A DNA stretch of 64,000 nucleotides from Azolla caroliniana (lineage: Eukaryota; Plantae; Polypodiophyta). A model generated the notes under the pieces. It was not told where the DNA came from, did no database searches, and saw only the letters and a program-made list of their open reading frames with translations. The position numbers were made by a program, and so were the translations under genes. Location of the stretch: assembly GCA_043228905.1 (NCBI GenBank), contig JBHGNT010000005.1, positions 24,490,001-24,554,000 on the forward strand, given 5' to 3'. Shown here one piece after another: positions 25,163-37,135 of this stretch (its first letter is position 1; every line of letters starts with the position of its first letter).

Positions 25163-27487
25163 GTGGTCAATCCATGGATGGAAGCTACCACAGTCCAGCC
25201 TGCCTTTTGGCCTCGCGAGCCTGTCACAAAAGATGGAGAGAACCACAACCAGATCATATCACACCGATTTTCCCGTATGTCTGGCTTCTTCGAACAGACT
25301 GACATTCATGTGGCTTCTTCCCAAATCACTACGTGTGGTAGGAATGGTAACCCCTCTCAAGCTCGAGAAATCTTTGATCATTGCTATGCGCGAGATGTGG
25401 TGCTTTGGAATTCCCTCATCTCCGCATACTCTCGCCTTAGCCTTGTGGAAGAAGCTTTACAGAGCTTTGCAAAGATGCACGATGAAGGTATATTCCCAAA
25501 TGGTGTCACTTTCTCATGCATTTTGAAAGCGCTCGCAAATGGTAGCAACATAAGGCCATCGTTGCAGAAAGGAGAGAAAATACACAGGACGTCAAAGCAA
25601 AATGAAAGTTGGGCACTTATATTGCAAAAGGGAAAGCAAATACACGTTATGTTGATCAACAATGAAAGTCTATATTTGAGAAGAAGGAATGTGGTATTAA
25701 ACACTGCTTTGGTAGATATGTATGTGAAATCAGGTGACCTTGTTAAAGCTCAACAAGTGTTTGATGAGATTGTTATAAGAGATGTTATATCTTGGAATGT
25801 TCTTATATCAGGATACGTACAGCATGGATGTTGGGTTGAAGCTTTATGCTGTTTCTCACACATGTTGGACGAGGGCCTCTGCCCCGATTCAATCACTTTT
25901 GCATGTGCTTTGAAAGCTTGTGGAATAATTGCATCAGCCGAGAAGGGAGGAAAGATACATGCTCAAGTCCTACCTCAAAACCATAACGTGCAGCTGGGAA
26001 ATGCGTTGGTGGATATGTATGTGAAGTGTGGGGAGGTTTGGAAAGCCCTTGAAGTATTTAATGAGCTTGATGTCCGTGATGTTGTTACATGGAATGCATT
26101 GATTAGTGGATATGTACACTGTGGCTATTCTGATGAAGCTTTGGAATGCCTTGGACAAATGCGAGATGAGGGTATCGCTCCTGATTCAATCACTTTTACA
26201 TCCATTTTGAAAGCTTGTGGCAGCATAGGTTTGATTCAGAAGGGAGAAGAAATACATGCGATGGTCAAGAAACTAGGGTTATTAGAACACGATGTTGTGC
26301 TTAACACTGCATTGATAGACATGTACGCCAAGTGTGGAGTGCTTCAAAAAGCACAAGAAGTCTTCAACAATCTTCAGGTGCGAAATGTTATTTCTTGGAA
26401 TGCATTGATCGTCGGTTATGCTCAACATGGGCATGATGTAGCAGCAATGGAATGCTTTGCAAGGATGCAGTATGAGGGATTCTCTCCTAATGCAATCACC
26501 TTTTCTTGTGTTTTGAAGGTGTGTGGGAGAAGAGGATTAGTTGAGAGAGGAGAACAGATACATGCTGAGGTTGCAAAGCGAGGGTTTTTGTTGGGAGGAA
26601 ATGCTGAGCTTCTCGGCACTGCATTGGTAGATATGTATGCCAAATGCGGGGCACTTAAGAAAGCTCAAGTAGTGTTTGACAGCCTTCCAATGCCGAGTGC
26701 ATCTACATGGACGGCCTTGCTCACTGGTTATGCCTATCATGGTTTCAATATTGAGGCTTTTAACGTGTCCTTAAGAATGCAAGATGAAGGGAGGGGTCTC
26801 TCTCCCGATATAGTCACTCTGGCATGTTTCTTGAAAGCATGTGGAGGCCTAGGAGTGATAAAAAAGGGAGAGGAAATTCACAAGCAAGTAATTGGGCGGG
26901 GTTTACTGGGAGAAGATATAATTCTTGGCACAGCCTTGGTGGATATGTATGCAAAGTGTGGTTGTCTTACAAAAGCCCAAGTTGTCTTCAATGAGCTTTC
27001 ACTGCGGGATGTTGCCTTGTGGAATGCTCTCATAGGCGGATATGCTCAACTTGGTCAGGCTAGAGAGGTTCTTATCTTGCTCAGTGAAATGGCGAAAGAA
27101 TCTGTATCCCCAGATTTGATTACCTTCCTAGTTTTACTGACCGCGTGCTCTCACGCTGGCCTAGTACAGGAGGGAGAAATGTATTATAATGCGATGACCA
27201 TTACCCACTTTCTTAGTCCATCATTAGAACATTATGCTTGTATGGTTGATCTTTGGGGCAGTGCAGGGCAATTAGATAAGGCCATACTGTTGATTGAGAA
27301 TTTAACCGCCCCCGATAGACTCCGGCCATTGTCGATTCTCATGGCTTGTTGCCAAAAGTGGGTAAATGTGGAGCTGGGGAGATGGGCTTTTGAGCATTTG
27401 TTGGAGCTAAATGGGGAAAATGCTGCATTATATGTCAGCATGAGTAATATATATATGCAAGCTTCTGACATGCCATCAACCACATGA
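25163..27487 (+). CDS. PLS-class pentatricopeptide repeat protein with C-terminal E-like region and no DYW domain (probable organellar RNA-editing factor)
   Basis: Intronless 774-codon ORF with repeated triplets (ALVDMYAKCG...A..VF / RDVxxWNALIxGY / PDxITFxxxLKAC). Ends with HYACMVDLWGSAGQLDKA ... VELGRWAFEHLLEL...YVSMSNIY. The first ATG is at 25178, so the start is uncertain. A (CTT)n tract upstream fits a 5'UTR. Confidence 0.92.
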   Translation: MVNPWMEATTVQPAFWPREPVTKDGENHNQIISHRFSRMSGFFEQTDIHVASSQITTCGRNGNPSQAREIFDHCYARDVVLWNSLISAYSRLSLVEEALQSFAKMHDEGIFPNGVTFSCILKALANGSNIRPSLQKGEKIHRTSKQNESWALILQKGKQIHVMLINNESLYLRRRNVVLNTALVDMYVKSGDLVKAQQVFDEIVIRDVISWNVLISGYVQHGCWVEALCCFSHMLDEGLCPDSITFACALKACGIIASAEKGGKIHAQVLPQNHNVQLGNALVDMYVKCGEVWKALEVFNELDVRDVVTWNALISGYVHCGYSDEALECLGQMRDEGIAPDSITFTSILKACGSIGLIQKGEEIHAMVKKLGLLEHDVVLNTALIDMYAKCGVLQKAQEVFNNLQVRNVISWNALIVGYAQHGHDVAAMECFARMQYEGFSPNAITFSCVLKVCGRRGLVERGEQIHAEVAKRGFLLGGNAELLGTALVDMYAKCGALKKAQVVFDSLPMPSASTWTALLTGYAYHGFNIEAFNVSLRMQDEGRGLSPDIVTLACFLKACGGLGVIKKGEEIHKQVIGRGLLGEDIILGTALVDMYAKCGCLTKAQVVFNELSLRDVALWNALIGGYAQLGQAREVLILLSEMAKESVSPDLITFLVLLTACSHAGLVQEGEMYYNAMTITHFLSPSLEHYACMVDLWGSAGQLDKAILLIENLTAPDRLRPLSILMACCQKWVNVELGRWAFEHLLELNGENAALYVSMSNIYMQASDMPSTT

Positions 27488-29934
27488 ATCTGGTAAGGTT
27501 AAATGAGTAAGTTTAGAATGAAAAACGGTGCTGGATTTTGTTTCTTGACTTTTTGCATCAGAAAGAGCTTTGGCCAAAGAGAGCAACTTCAAGAACAATA
27601 ATTTGATCAAAAACTCAAAATGGAGCTGTCTGGTCTCATACAATGTTCCATCTGTATTAAGGGATGCTATTTGATTCCATGTCCAAGAAAGAGGCCATTT
27701 TTTGGCATTGGCCATTGAGCGGGACTACAGAAACATTGTTTCAATATGAAAATTCAAGAACTCAAGATTGGCAAGTTCTAGTTTGTTGGAACAATTCCTT
27801 TAGGGGTTTTGTGTTTAGGGTCAAATGGGTGGTGAGTATTGTTTTAGATGTCGCTTTTGGGGCATCCCAAGACGAATACCATTTTAGCTTTGTCCAAGAT
27901 AAGGGGCATGATTTGAATATTCAGAACTCAAAATGGGTGCCTTTGATTGATCACAACAATTCATATCCCCAAGACAAAGATCATTTCAGTTATCCAAGGA
28001 GGGGGCATCATTTGATTGTCAAGCACTCAAAATGAGTGCTGAATATATGATAAAAATGGGTGATGAGTTCCAGTTTCAGATTGTCTCAAAGAAGAGAGAT
28101 CGTTTTGGATTTGGTTAATAAGAAAGGGACCTGAAGGACTGATATTTTAATATCAACAAGCCAAAGTAGATGCTTCTCATATCAAAGGACTGATTCTCAT
28201 CTCTAAGAGATCGTTTTGACTTGGCCAACAAAGAGGCCCTTTAAAACCGAGTGGTGCATTTTGGCGTGCTCATTCTGAAAGTAACTGTATAAAGCAATTT
28301 CGGGCCAAAGCATGAAAGGAATAGTAACATAAAAGCAAAGAACAATAATTTATGGTAGTTTCTGTATCAATTTATGCTTATAAGCATATGTATGTGTGGT
28401 TGATACATGTAACTACAAATCAAGATTTTATTTTTTCCATATCCTATTTTCCCTACTCATACCATCAAGGTTCAATGCATCAAATTAAAATTGTACATAT
28501 TTGAAGACATCAAATGATGAGGGTCCTGTTGTCGTGAAGTATTTACTTCACAAATAGAAATTCTAATGAAAAGAACAAATTTTGACTTGAAGATGGTATG
28601 GTTCTATTAGAGTAAAGTTTGAATCTCCAATGTGTGGTAAAAGCATTCGAGGTTGAATATGTATGATACATCAATATTGAACATTTGTAATGTAAAGTCT
28701 ATTAAAAAACCGATGGAAACAAAATTGGATGTGTATGATACATTCCATGCATCCAATGTGGCTATATATGTGGCAACATATGAATTATTTCCAAAGTCTT
28801 TTGAGAATGATGTATAGACTCATATTATTGTAAGTTGTATTTAAGGTTTTGAATATTTAGGGTTAGGATTTCATTACCCTATATTGTACTGACATATCTA
28901 TTAATAATGTAAGTAATCCATTTATTTTCAAATACTTCCTATCCATTTCTCGCGTTCTACTTAACTATTTGATCTCTCTTTCTCATTCCAATCCTCTTGA
29001 TCTATCTTTTTCATTTTCTTTCTTGTTCTGTGTATCTCTCCTTATTCGTAAACGCAACGGTTATACCGCACCGATCACGAACTATCATATCATAATAATA
29101 AAATGATTCTTCTATTTAAATTTTCATAAACCATTGGTCATAAAGTCAAATTACATTCTTTTTATTATAATGAGTTCTAAGATTTGGTCCTCCGACAGAA
29201 AAGTGTAATCAATGGTTTCACCTATTCTTCACTCATATATGGAAAATGAATTAGACACATCAATTGCATGATTATATATGTAACATTTGACATCCTCAAG
29301 GTCTTTAAAACTTTAACTTTGTGCACCAATCCGTGCTAATTTTGAAAATAGCTTTTGTGATAGAAAATAAATTCTACTTCTTTCGAATTATCCCGACATA
29401 TTGTCCTGCTCGCCGCATGCAAACACAGTAAAACACAATTAAGAGAAAACTTAAATATATGAGCTATGGTTTAGATTTGCAATTTTATAGCATGCCTTCA
29501 AGTTAACATGCAATTTAGCTAGCCAGAGGTGCTCTCATTTTACCTACCTTTGGATCTTAAAATGCATGTGGCTAGAAGAATTGCGCAAAGTGTCCAAACC
29601 TGTGTAGGTCCAAGAGGACTACTATGGCTACTCTAAGATGAATGTGGTGGTCAGTCCTTCAATGTGGCTAAATAGCATGTACATATATTCTAAGTATGTC
29701 AAGGAAAACACTAATGTTACCTTTGTTGATGCCTCTACTTCTATCTTGATCGCTATCACTAGTGCTCATTGCAATTCCTACTTGTGCACTTGATATTTTA
29801 GGTGCATTAAGACTTAACATGTCGAACAACAAGTTGTCTACCTTATCATTTGTTACCAAATATAGCGACTCATAGAACCTTAGTCAAACAATGTTGTGCC
29901 CCTTATCTTTTGTGGCCAATGAATGGCTTTGTGT

Positions 29935-30080
29935 ATGGATGTCCTCTTACAAAACTTTAATGGTCTAGCATTATTACAAAACCATAGTGGTCTAGCAGTA
30001 TTACAAAACCTTAGTGGTGTATAATTATTATAAAGCCTTAGTGATCTAGCATTAGTATAAAACATTAGTGGTCTAGCTAT
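29935..30080. repeat. Degenerate ~27-30-bp tandem repeat
   Basis: TTACAAAACC(A/T)TAGTGGTCTAGCA-like unit repeated about 5 times. Confidence 0.65.
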
Positions 30081-31009
30081 GCCAACATTAATATTGGCAC
30101 ACATTAGTTACAACAAATGTTCCATAGCTCCGCGGAAGAAAATGTTTGACCATAGAAACATCACCCAAGCACTTGTACAAGACAATTTACATTGTATGAA
30201 CTTCCTCCTATGTTAAGCAAAACATGAAGGCTTAAATGGCGAGGCAAAATCACCAAATGTTTCTGATTAACTCACTCAGTAAATGGCACATCCGATTGTC
30301 CCATAAATCCTAGAAGCATTGGGTTCGAGCATGCAAAGACAAATTTGTGAAATTTTCAACAAAGAAATGTTTCAAAGTAGTGCCAATGATGACAAATTTT
30401 TAATGCATTACCTTGGTGGTCCAAGAAATTGACAACATTTGCCTTGTCATCAATAGAAATCTCTCATATCTACACTGCCAATGGCTCACCCAAGTTCAAT
30501 CTCTACCTAGTGTCATGATACCCTAAAATGTCCTACTACTTAACAACTACTTTTTGTCATGTACAAGTTCATTTACCTTGGTCTCTATATGAATCCATCC
30601 AAAGAGAAGTTTATGAACAGGCCATGTTGGGGGAAAGAGGCTCCCTTTATGTGATTTAAGTCTTTTGCGTATAGAGTTGGTATATGTTTCGCTATAATAC
30701 CTTGCTCCATTCATCTACAGTATCAAAAAGGTGGCAAGTTATCAATATCAAGTCCATTGTCATGGAACCACTTCATCACAAGTGAGTACCATCATCCTTC
30801 TTCATGTTCTATTGTCACCATTTGCTTTATTTTTACAAACTTCTTACTTATAATTCATTGATATGGCATGGTTTTGAAACATTTAATGAGTTCAATATAG
30901 TGGAGGAATACTTATAGAACAATGGGAGTGGGGCAACAAATTCAGCTTAGATGACCTTGTACAAGTTGAAGCCTTGTTGTGTATCATACATAAGAGACAT
31001 CATGATTAG

Positions 31010-31718
31010 TGGACACTATATTCAACAAGTTCATGTTTGCACGGGGAGTTATGGAGCCCATACATAATATGGGTTCTCTCATTTTGGGGGTTAGGCGCAT
31101 TTTCACATGTTATATACTAGGGAGGTATCTTTGGTGCAATCAATATGACAAATGCTTGTTAAGCCTAATATTGTTCATTGTTGATACTCGTCATTCTTCT
31201 TATGATGATAGCTTGGCAAAGTAAGGTACATGATTGGACTTGCTCTCCCTTCGAGGAAACAATTAATAGCTCAAAGATTGGCGAGGATTTGTTCTTGTTC
31301 CTTAAATTGTATCCAATAATATAGCTAAGACATGTAAGTGTTGAACATATTTGCCTTGGCATTAGGGCTACACACTCTATTCAACAAGTTCATTTTTGCA
31401 AAGGGAGTCATGAAGCCCATACATAATATGGGTTTTGGTGCAAGGATGCCACCTCATTTTGGGGGTTAGGCGCATTTTCACATGTTATACTAGGGAGGTA
31501 TCTTTGGTGCAATCAATATGACAGATGCTTGTCAAGCCTATTATTGTTCATTGTTGATGCTAATCATTCTTCTCATGATGCCTGCTTGGCAAAATAAGGT
31601 ACATGATTGGACTTGCTCTCCCTTCGAGGAAACAATTAATAGCTCAAAGATTGGTGAGGATTTGTTCTTGTTCCACATGTAAGTGTAGAACATATTTGCC
31701 TTGGCATTAGGGCTACAC
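31010..31718. repeat. Tandem duplication, about 360-bp unit x2, in decayed TE-like DNA
   Basis: TATTCAACAAGTTCAT...GGCATTAGGGCTACAC occurs at about 31018-31372 and 31378-31718 with small indels. Confidence 0.85.
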
Positions 31719-32364
31719 ATTAATGTGTATGATTGTGCTTATGTGATGCATACAAATAGATTTGGTTGATCTAAGATTACGTGGCCAAATATTGGATCAC
31801 ATAAATGTTTGCCACCATTTAGGTTATCCTATTGGTGACCATTTCTGATTATCTCTAAGATTGATTGGATACCAAATGCAATCTTTTTTATATAGTACAC
31901 CTAAAGCCAAGTTGTTTGCTAACACCCTAAATTAGTCATCAATCTTCATGCTTGTTAGAGAAATGAAGATAAATCATCACAGGATTGGTGCTAATAGGGA
32001 AAATCAAACATCCACACATTCCATTTCCGTACATTGCTGTCACCCACACTTTGTTTCACGAATTAAGACCCCAAAATGGCATGCCATAGTCCATAACAGA
32101 AATGTATGTCAAAATGAGGTTCCGTAACAGGAAATTTTAGTCAGTTCCATCCTCTTATCATATGCTCAATGATAGCTACAAATAGGAGGATTGTATGTCC
32201 ACTGGAGGCTTTCCTTCAGGACAACACCATTACAAACAACTCAATTTCTCGCGAGGACACCAAAATCTAAGAACCTTGTTGTAAGCAGCTTCAATTGCAA
32301 CGGAAATGCCAACTAATATAGGCTTCTCACTTGCAAACAAGCTTTCCGATTCTTGGAATGACTT

Positions 32365-34093
32365 TCACTTAGCTTTTTCATCCCCAGCCTGACTTTCCAA
32401 AATAGGTTCAGCAATATCTGTTAAGACATAATTTGCATTACTAACTATCACCACAAGAGATTGCATAAGAACCTGATCCCTGAAAAGCTATCATTATAAC
32501 TAACCTTCATCATCACTGTCTGGTTCATCATCACCCATGTCATCACCAGGATTAAAACCCTGAAAAACCAATCCACGCATAAAATATTACATACCAACAA
32601 GATATTTAATAAAAATATAGCACATATGCATGCATCAAAAGACAAGAATGCATGTGTTAACGTTAACGAATACAGTATCCCATCCGTCCATAAAAACAGA
32701 TTTGACCGACTCTTCTTTTTAAGTAGACATCTGTGTTTCAAACTGTTTCTTTACGGTATCAACTCAAAACATGCGGAGGATTCTCACCTCTGGAAATGAA
32801 CAATGGTAAGAGGAACATAAAATACAGAAAAACAAGCAATATTGACTTACCGAAAGATCCCCCATAGATCCAAGGCCCCCCATGGATCCAAGATCAAAGT
32901 TGTCCACTGGAACCAAAGAAAACATAATCAGTATGACAATGCATTGCCAGGATCATTGGCAAGCTGAACAAAATCATCCATAGTTTTATAAGGAATTCGA
33001 GGTGAACATTGAGAAACTTACTATTGTTTTTTGCCTCATGCTCTTCATCCTCGTCGACCCATTTGTCCCAATCAACTTTCACATACCGGGGAGTCTTTCC
33101 TTCCCCTTTTAAAAGCCTCTTCCACCATCCATTCTCGCTCTTTACAAGAATGACAAATGCATTTCTTGAGCTTGTACTAATCTTGCTCTCCTGAGAGATT
33201 CCGAAGCAAAAACCAGTTAAAAATAGATGATGCTAAAGGATAATGGAACCTTTCCACACATTATGTGAAAGTGGTGCTTTCAAATGCCAGAAAAATGGAC
33301 AATATCCACTCATTTGAAAGAGGAAATAACTGCTACAATACCTCAACATTAATCTTTTCAAATAGATCCAAGTCGAGTTGATAGCCGTCAGCTGAGAAGG
33401 AGAACATGCCTTCTGGCTCGATCTTAACCTTAGGGTTCTTCGCATCAGGTAGCTCAACAGTCAGATATACCTTGTCAGATCTTTGAGCCCATTTCACTTC
33501 TGGTTGGCGGCTGTATTCATGGAAATTTCCTCAAATTTATTGTCTTATACCGAGTGAATCTTAATAAACATGAGCTTCAATCATCATTTCCCATGGATTG
33601 AGAAAAAAAATGCAGAGAAAGATGGTCAGGGATTTTCATAAATCCACTCCACTCTATACCAAATAGATTTTTTGATGTTTCTAATGAATGAACTAAGAAA
33701 ATATATGCTGAAAACCAAGTTAGATGAGAGTTAACAACTGATAATAAGAAAAATAAATGAAAGACATTGAGCGTAGAGCTAATTGGATAAATAGAGCTAT
33801 AGAAAGAAAAAAAAAAGACATAAAGAAACTTCTTTTAATGTCTATAGTCGATGAGAGAAAGAAAATAATATTGAGGACTATGCAAGGGGGGGGCAGAGAG
33901 ACAGAGAGACAAAAAGATTTTTCGGACACGGAAGAGCTGTGCAGAAGGATAGAAGAATACTGGTTCACGCAGAAGTAAAAAAACATGGTGGAAGATATGA
34001 TAGAGAAGAAGGGTATCACACATACAACTGAAGGCTGGGAAGAAGACACAAGAGGATTGAGAGCAAATATCAGAAGAGAATAGCATACCTCAT
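32365..34093 (-). CDS. p23 Hsp90 co-chaperone (CS domain; Sba1/PTGES3 family), 168 aa, 6 coding exons
   Basis: Minus-strand exons 34089-34093 (ATGAG), 33342-33510, 33022-33190, 32851-32906, 32505-32559, 32365-32417, all GT-AG. Protein [26 protein letters not shown]...[29 protein letters not shown], followed by an acidic M/G-rich tail. Confidence 0.95.
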
Positions 34094-34736
34094 GTCGTCT
34101 GATTTCCGTGCTCCCTGTCTTTTCCTGTATCTCTCTGTGTCGAAGAAGAAGAAGAAGAAGAAGAAGAAGAAGAGAAAAGAGAGATGGAGATGGATGGAGA
34201 TGGAGGAGCAGGGGATTTGAGTTCAAGAAGAAAAACAGAAAAACAGGGGAAGGCAAGAAGAGAAGGAATTGGTTTCACACCTGAAGCCCAATTCCTTCGG
34301 CCTTTGTCCGGTCTTCTGTCGGCCCAAAGAAAACACAGAAAACACGAGACCCTCTCCGATGTCGGTGTCGGTGTCGGTGTCGGTAAGGCCAGGTCTTTTG
34401 TCCGCCCAACGAAAACACAAAAAACATGAGACCCTCTCTAATGCCAGTGTCGGTGTCGGTACTCCTGTTGCTGGTGCTTGGGGTCTCCTCTTCTTACTCC
34501 ATTTGCTTGTTCTTGTGAACCTTCTAGCTCGTGTGCCTCTCACACGGTGAACAAATGGAAAGGGGTTTGCAAAACACTCCTACTCTGTCAACTCTACTAA
34601 TCATAGTGTCGTGCACCATTGTTATTAATCCTTGTAGACAACAACGCCCGTAAACCTCGAAAACATTGGGTTGCAAACACTTCTAATCCACTAATGATGA
34701 GAACATACGCCGTTTAAACATGTCAGCAATAACATA

Positions 34737-35166
34737 CATTGCTTCTATTGGTATATGATTGGACTCTCTCCACCTCGAATCGATGACTTTTATCGGCCCC
34801 GATGTGAGAGGCATGACACTCGTTGAGGGCTTCGTGACCAATAGACATTGCTTCTATTGGTATCTTATTGGACTCTTTGGACCTCTCATCGATGAGTTTT
34901 TTCGGCCCAGATGTGAGAGGCATGACACTCGTTGAGGGCTTCGTGGCCAATAGACATTTCTTCTATTGGTATTTCATTGGACTCTCTCAACCTCGCGTCG
35001 ATGTGTTTTTTCTGCCCAGTTGTGAGAGGCGTGACACTCGTTGAGGGCTTCGTGGCCAATAGACAACACTTCTATTGGTATCTGATTGGACTCTCTCAAC
35101 CCCGCATCAATGAGTTTTTTCGGCCCAGATGTGAGAGGCACGACACTCGTTGAGGGCTTCATGGCC
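34737..35166. repeat. About 109-bp tandem repeat x4 upstream of p23
   Basis: Unit ...CTTCTATTGGTAT...GGACTCT...GGCCC...TGTGAGAGGC.TGACACTCGTTGAGGGCTTCGTGGCCAATAGAC repeated four times. Confidence 0.9.
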
Positions 35167-36195
35167 CTTACATAATAGATATATAATATGATGAGTTTAC
35201 GGAGCCATGTGGATGAAAGCTACTTTTGCGATCCAATTCAATTTCAAACTCTCCACTTAATTGTGTTTTGAGTTTTGGTTATGAGCTTCGCCAAGGCATA
35301 TGAGCTCTAATTTGAGGATTTGGAATCATTTTGCTATCGAGTGGCCAACAATATGCAAATGCCATTTCTTTTCTATTGTTTTATAAGTATTTACTAGACA
35401 TAATATATATACATACACACACAAACATACATATCTATACGTATGTATATGTATGTATTTCCCTCTCCGTTGAGATAGTGAGCGTGTAAGTATTCAAAAC
35501 CTAACCTATTGGGTAAAAGAGGCGTGATTTGAAACCTACATAGAAAACCTTCAATGGATTTACCTTGTTATCTTCAAATTGAGACTAAAGTGGGTGCAAA
35601 AACATTTATACTTTCTAAGCATGAAGGGTAGGCTTTTAAAATAAAGGCAAAAAATATATGTGTTCGATTCATACTCTTTTCAATGTGTTTGCCATAATGC
35701 AACATGTGTTTTTCTTACTTGCATGAGTATCACAACCTAACTAAACATAAGAACCCAGCAACACAACGGTGATTATTACACATATTTATACATATATAGA
35801 TAGAGGGAGATATAGAAACCCGATATAATTTGATCGATCTCAGCCAAAGGATACACTCATCCTTTCCTGAAGTTAAGAATCATATGCTACATGATTGGAT
35901 GATAAGGTCGCGACGAGAAGAGTCCTTCTAGAAGGTCATGACAAAATCTATATTTTATTCTATGACAAGCAAAGTTTTTCCTCGGAAGTTAGGTATGCAC
36001 CTGTAAAACCAAAGTGACCATGAAGCAAAAATTTAGCAATAAAGGAAACAAGTCCACACTCAAATTCTAAGCACTCATTCCACTTATGCATATATATAGA
36101 CACACTTATTGGACTCGAATTCTAAGCACTCTCTAAAGTTCTACATACCACACACCTGGGCACATATTATACTAAGACACACTCAATGCCACAAG

Positions 36196-36717
36196 TAACA
36201 ATTGGCAACGGTTCGGTTTGAGAGGGTCCAAACCAAACCTATTTGGAACCGAACCATTTAATTTTTTTGAAACCTGAACCAAACCAAACCAAACCGTTAA
36301 AACATTTTTCAAACCGTTAAACCATTAAACCGTAAAAAACACGGTTTCGGTTTTCAACATAGGTCAACATTTAAAATTTTAATTATTAAAAATTTTAAAT
36401 TTATAATATTTCATTATTTAGAATTTTAAAATTTTTTAAGATGTTCCTAAAATGTGAGAATAAGGTGTAAAAATGAAAAGATTGTTTAAAAACAATTTTT
36501 TAGAATTTATTTTAAAATTTAAATTTAAATTTTTTTAACTTAAAAATTAAAAACCGTTAAACTGTTTAAACCGCGGTTTTTGACCGTTGAAACCGAACCA
36601 AACCGTTTAAAAAAACCTAAACCTGACTGAACTGAATCAGATTGTTGAAACCGTTAAGCCGTTAAACCGTGGTTTCGTAGTTCGGTTCGGTTCAAACCGA
36701 ACCGTTGCCAATTGTTA
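36196..36717. mobile_element. hAT-type MITE (522 bp)
   Basis: Perfect 26-bp TIR TAACAATTGGCAACGGTTCGGTTTGA. Perfect 8-bp TSD GCCACAAG (36188-36195 and 36718-36725). AT-rich core with AACCG subterminal motifs. Confidence 0.93.
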
Positions 36718-37135
36718 GCCACAAGGGTGCACATACCCCCAAAATAAAATCATATGAGCATTCACGAACCTTTGCACATACATATATTTTGGGCACTTAC
36801 ATTCACGTAAGCATACACTTAAATACATACGTTCGCAACTAAAAATTATGAAAAGTAGCGATGGCGAGGAGCAGGAGCAGAGCATGGCGAGAAGAGGAAA
36901 TGGCGAGCAGGAGCAGCACGGTGAGGAACGCGAGCGCTGGTTAGCTGTGTGCCGCTGTCCAAGAACTCGGCCACTCGTCAGAGGCTGTTCGGCTGCACAG
37001 AGTGCCTCGAATGAACCACATTGCTTGTGAGTTTACCTACCCCTACAGTGTCAGTTACGTTCTGATTAGGGAATAAGACTGAGTGTAGAGCACTAGAGGA
37101 TAAGGGAGCCTAAGGGCTGCGGGATACAAGAAAAC

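Noticed and set aside
27490-30900. Possible extra gene or DYW exon downstream of the PPR gene
   Set aside because: No HxE/CxxC/DYW motif or coherent exon chain found; looks like decayed repeats that I could not classify.
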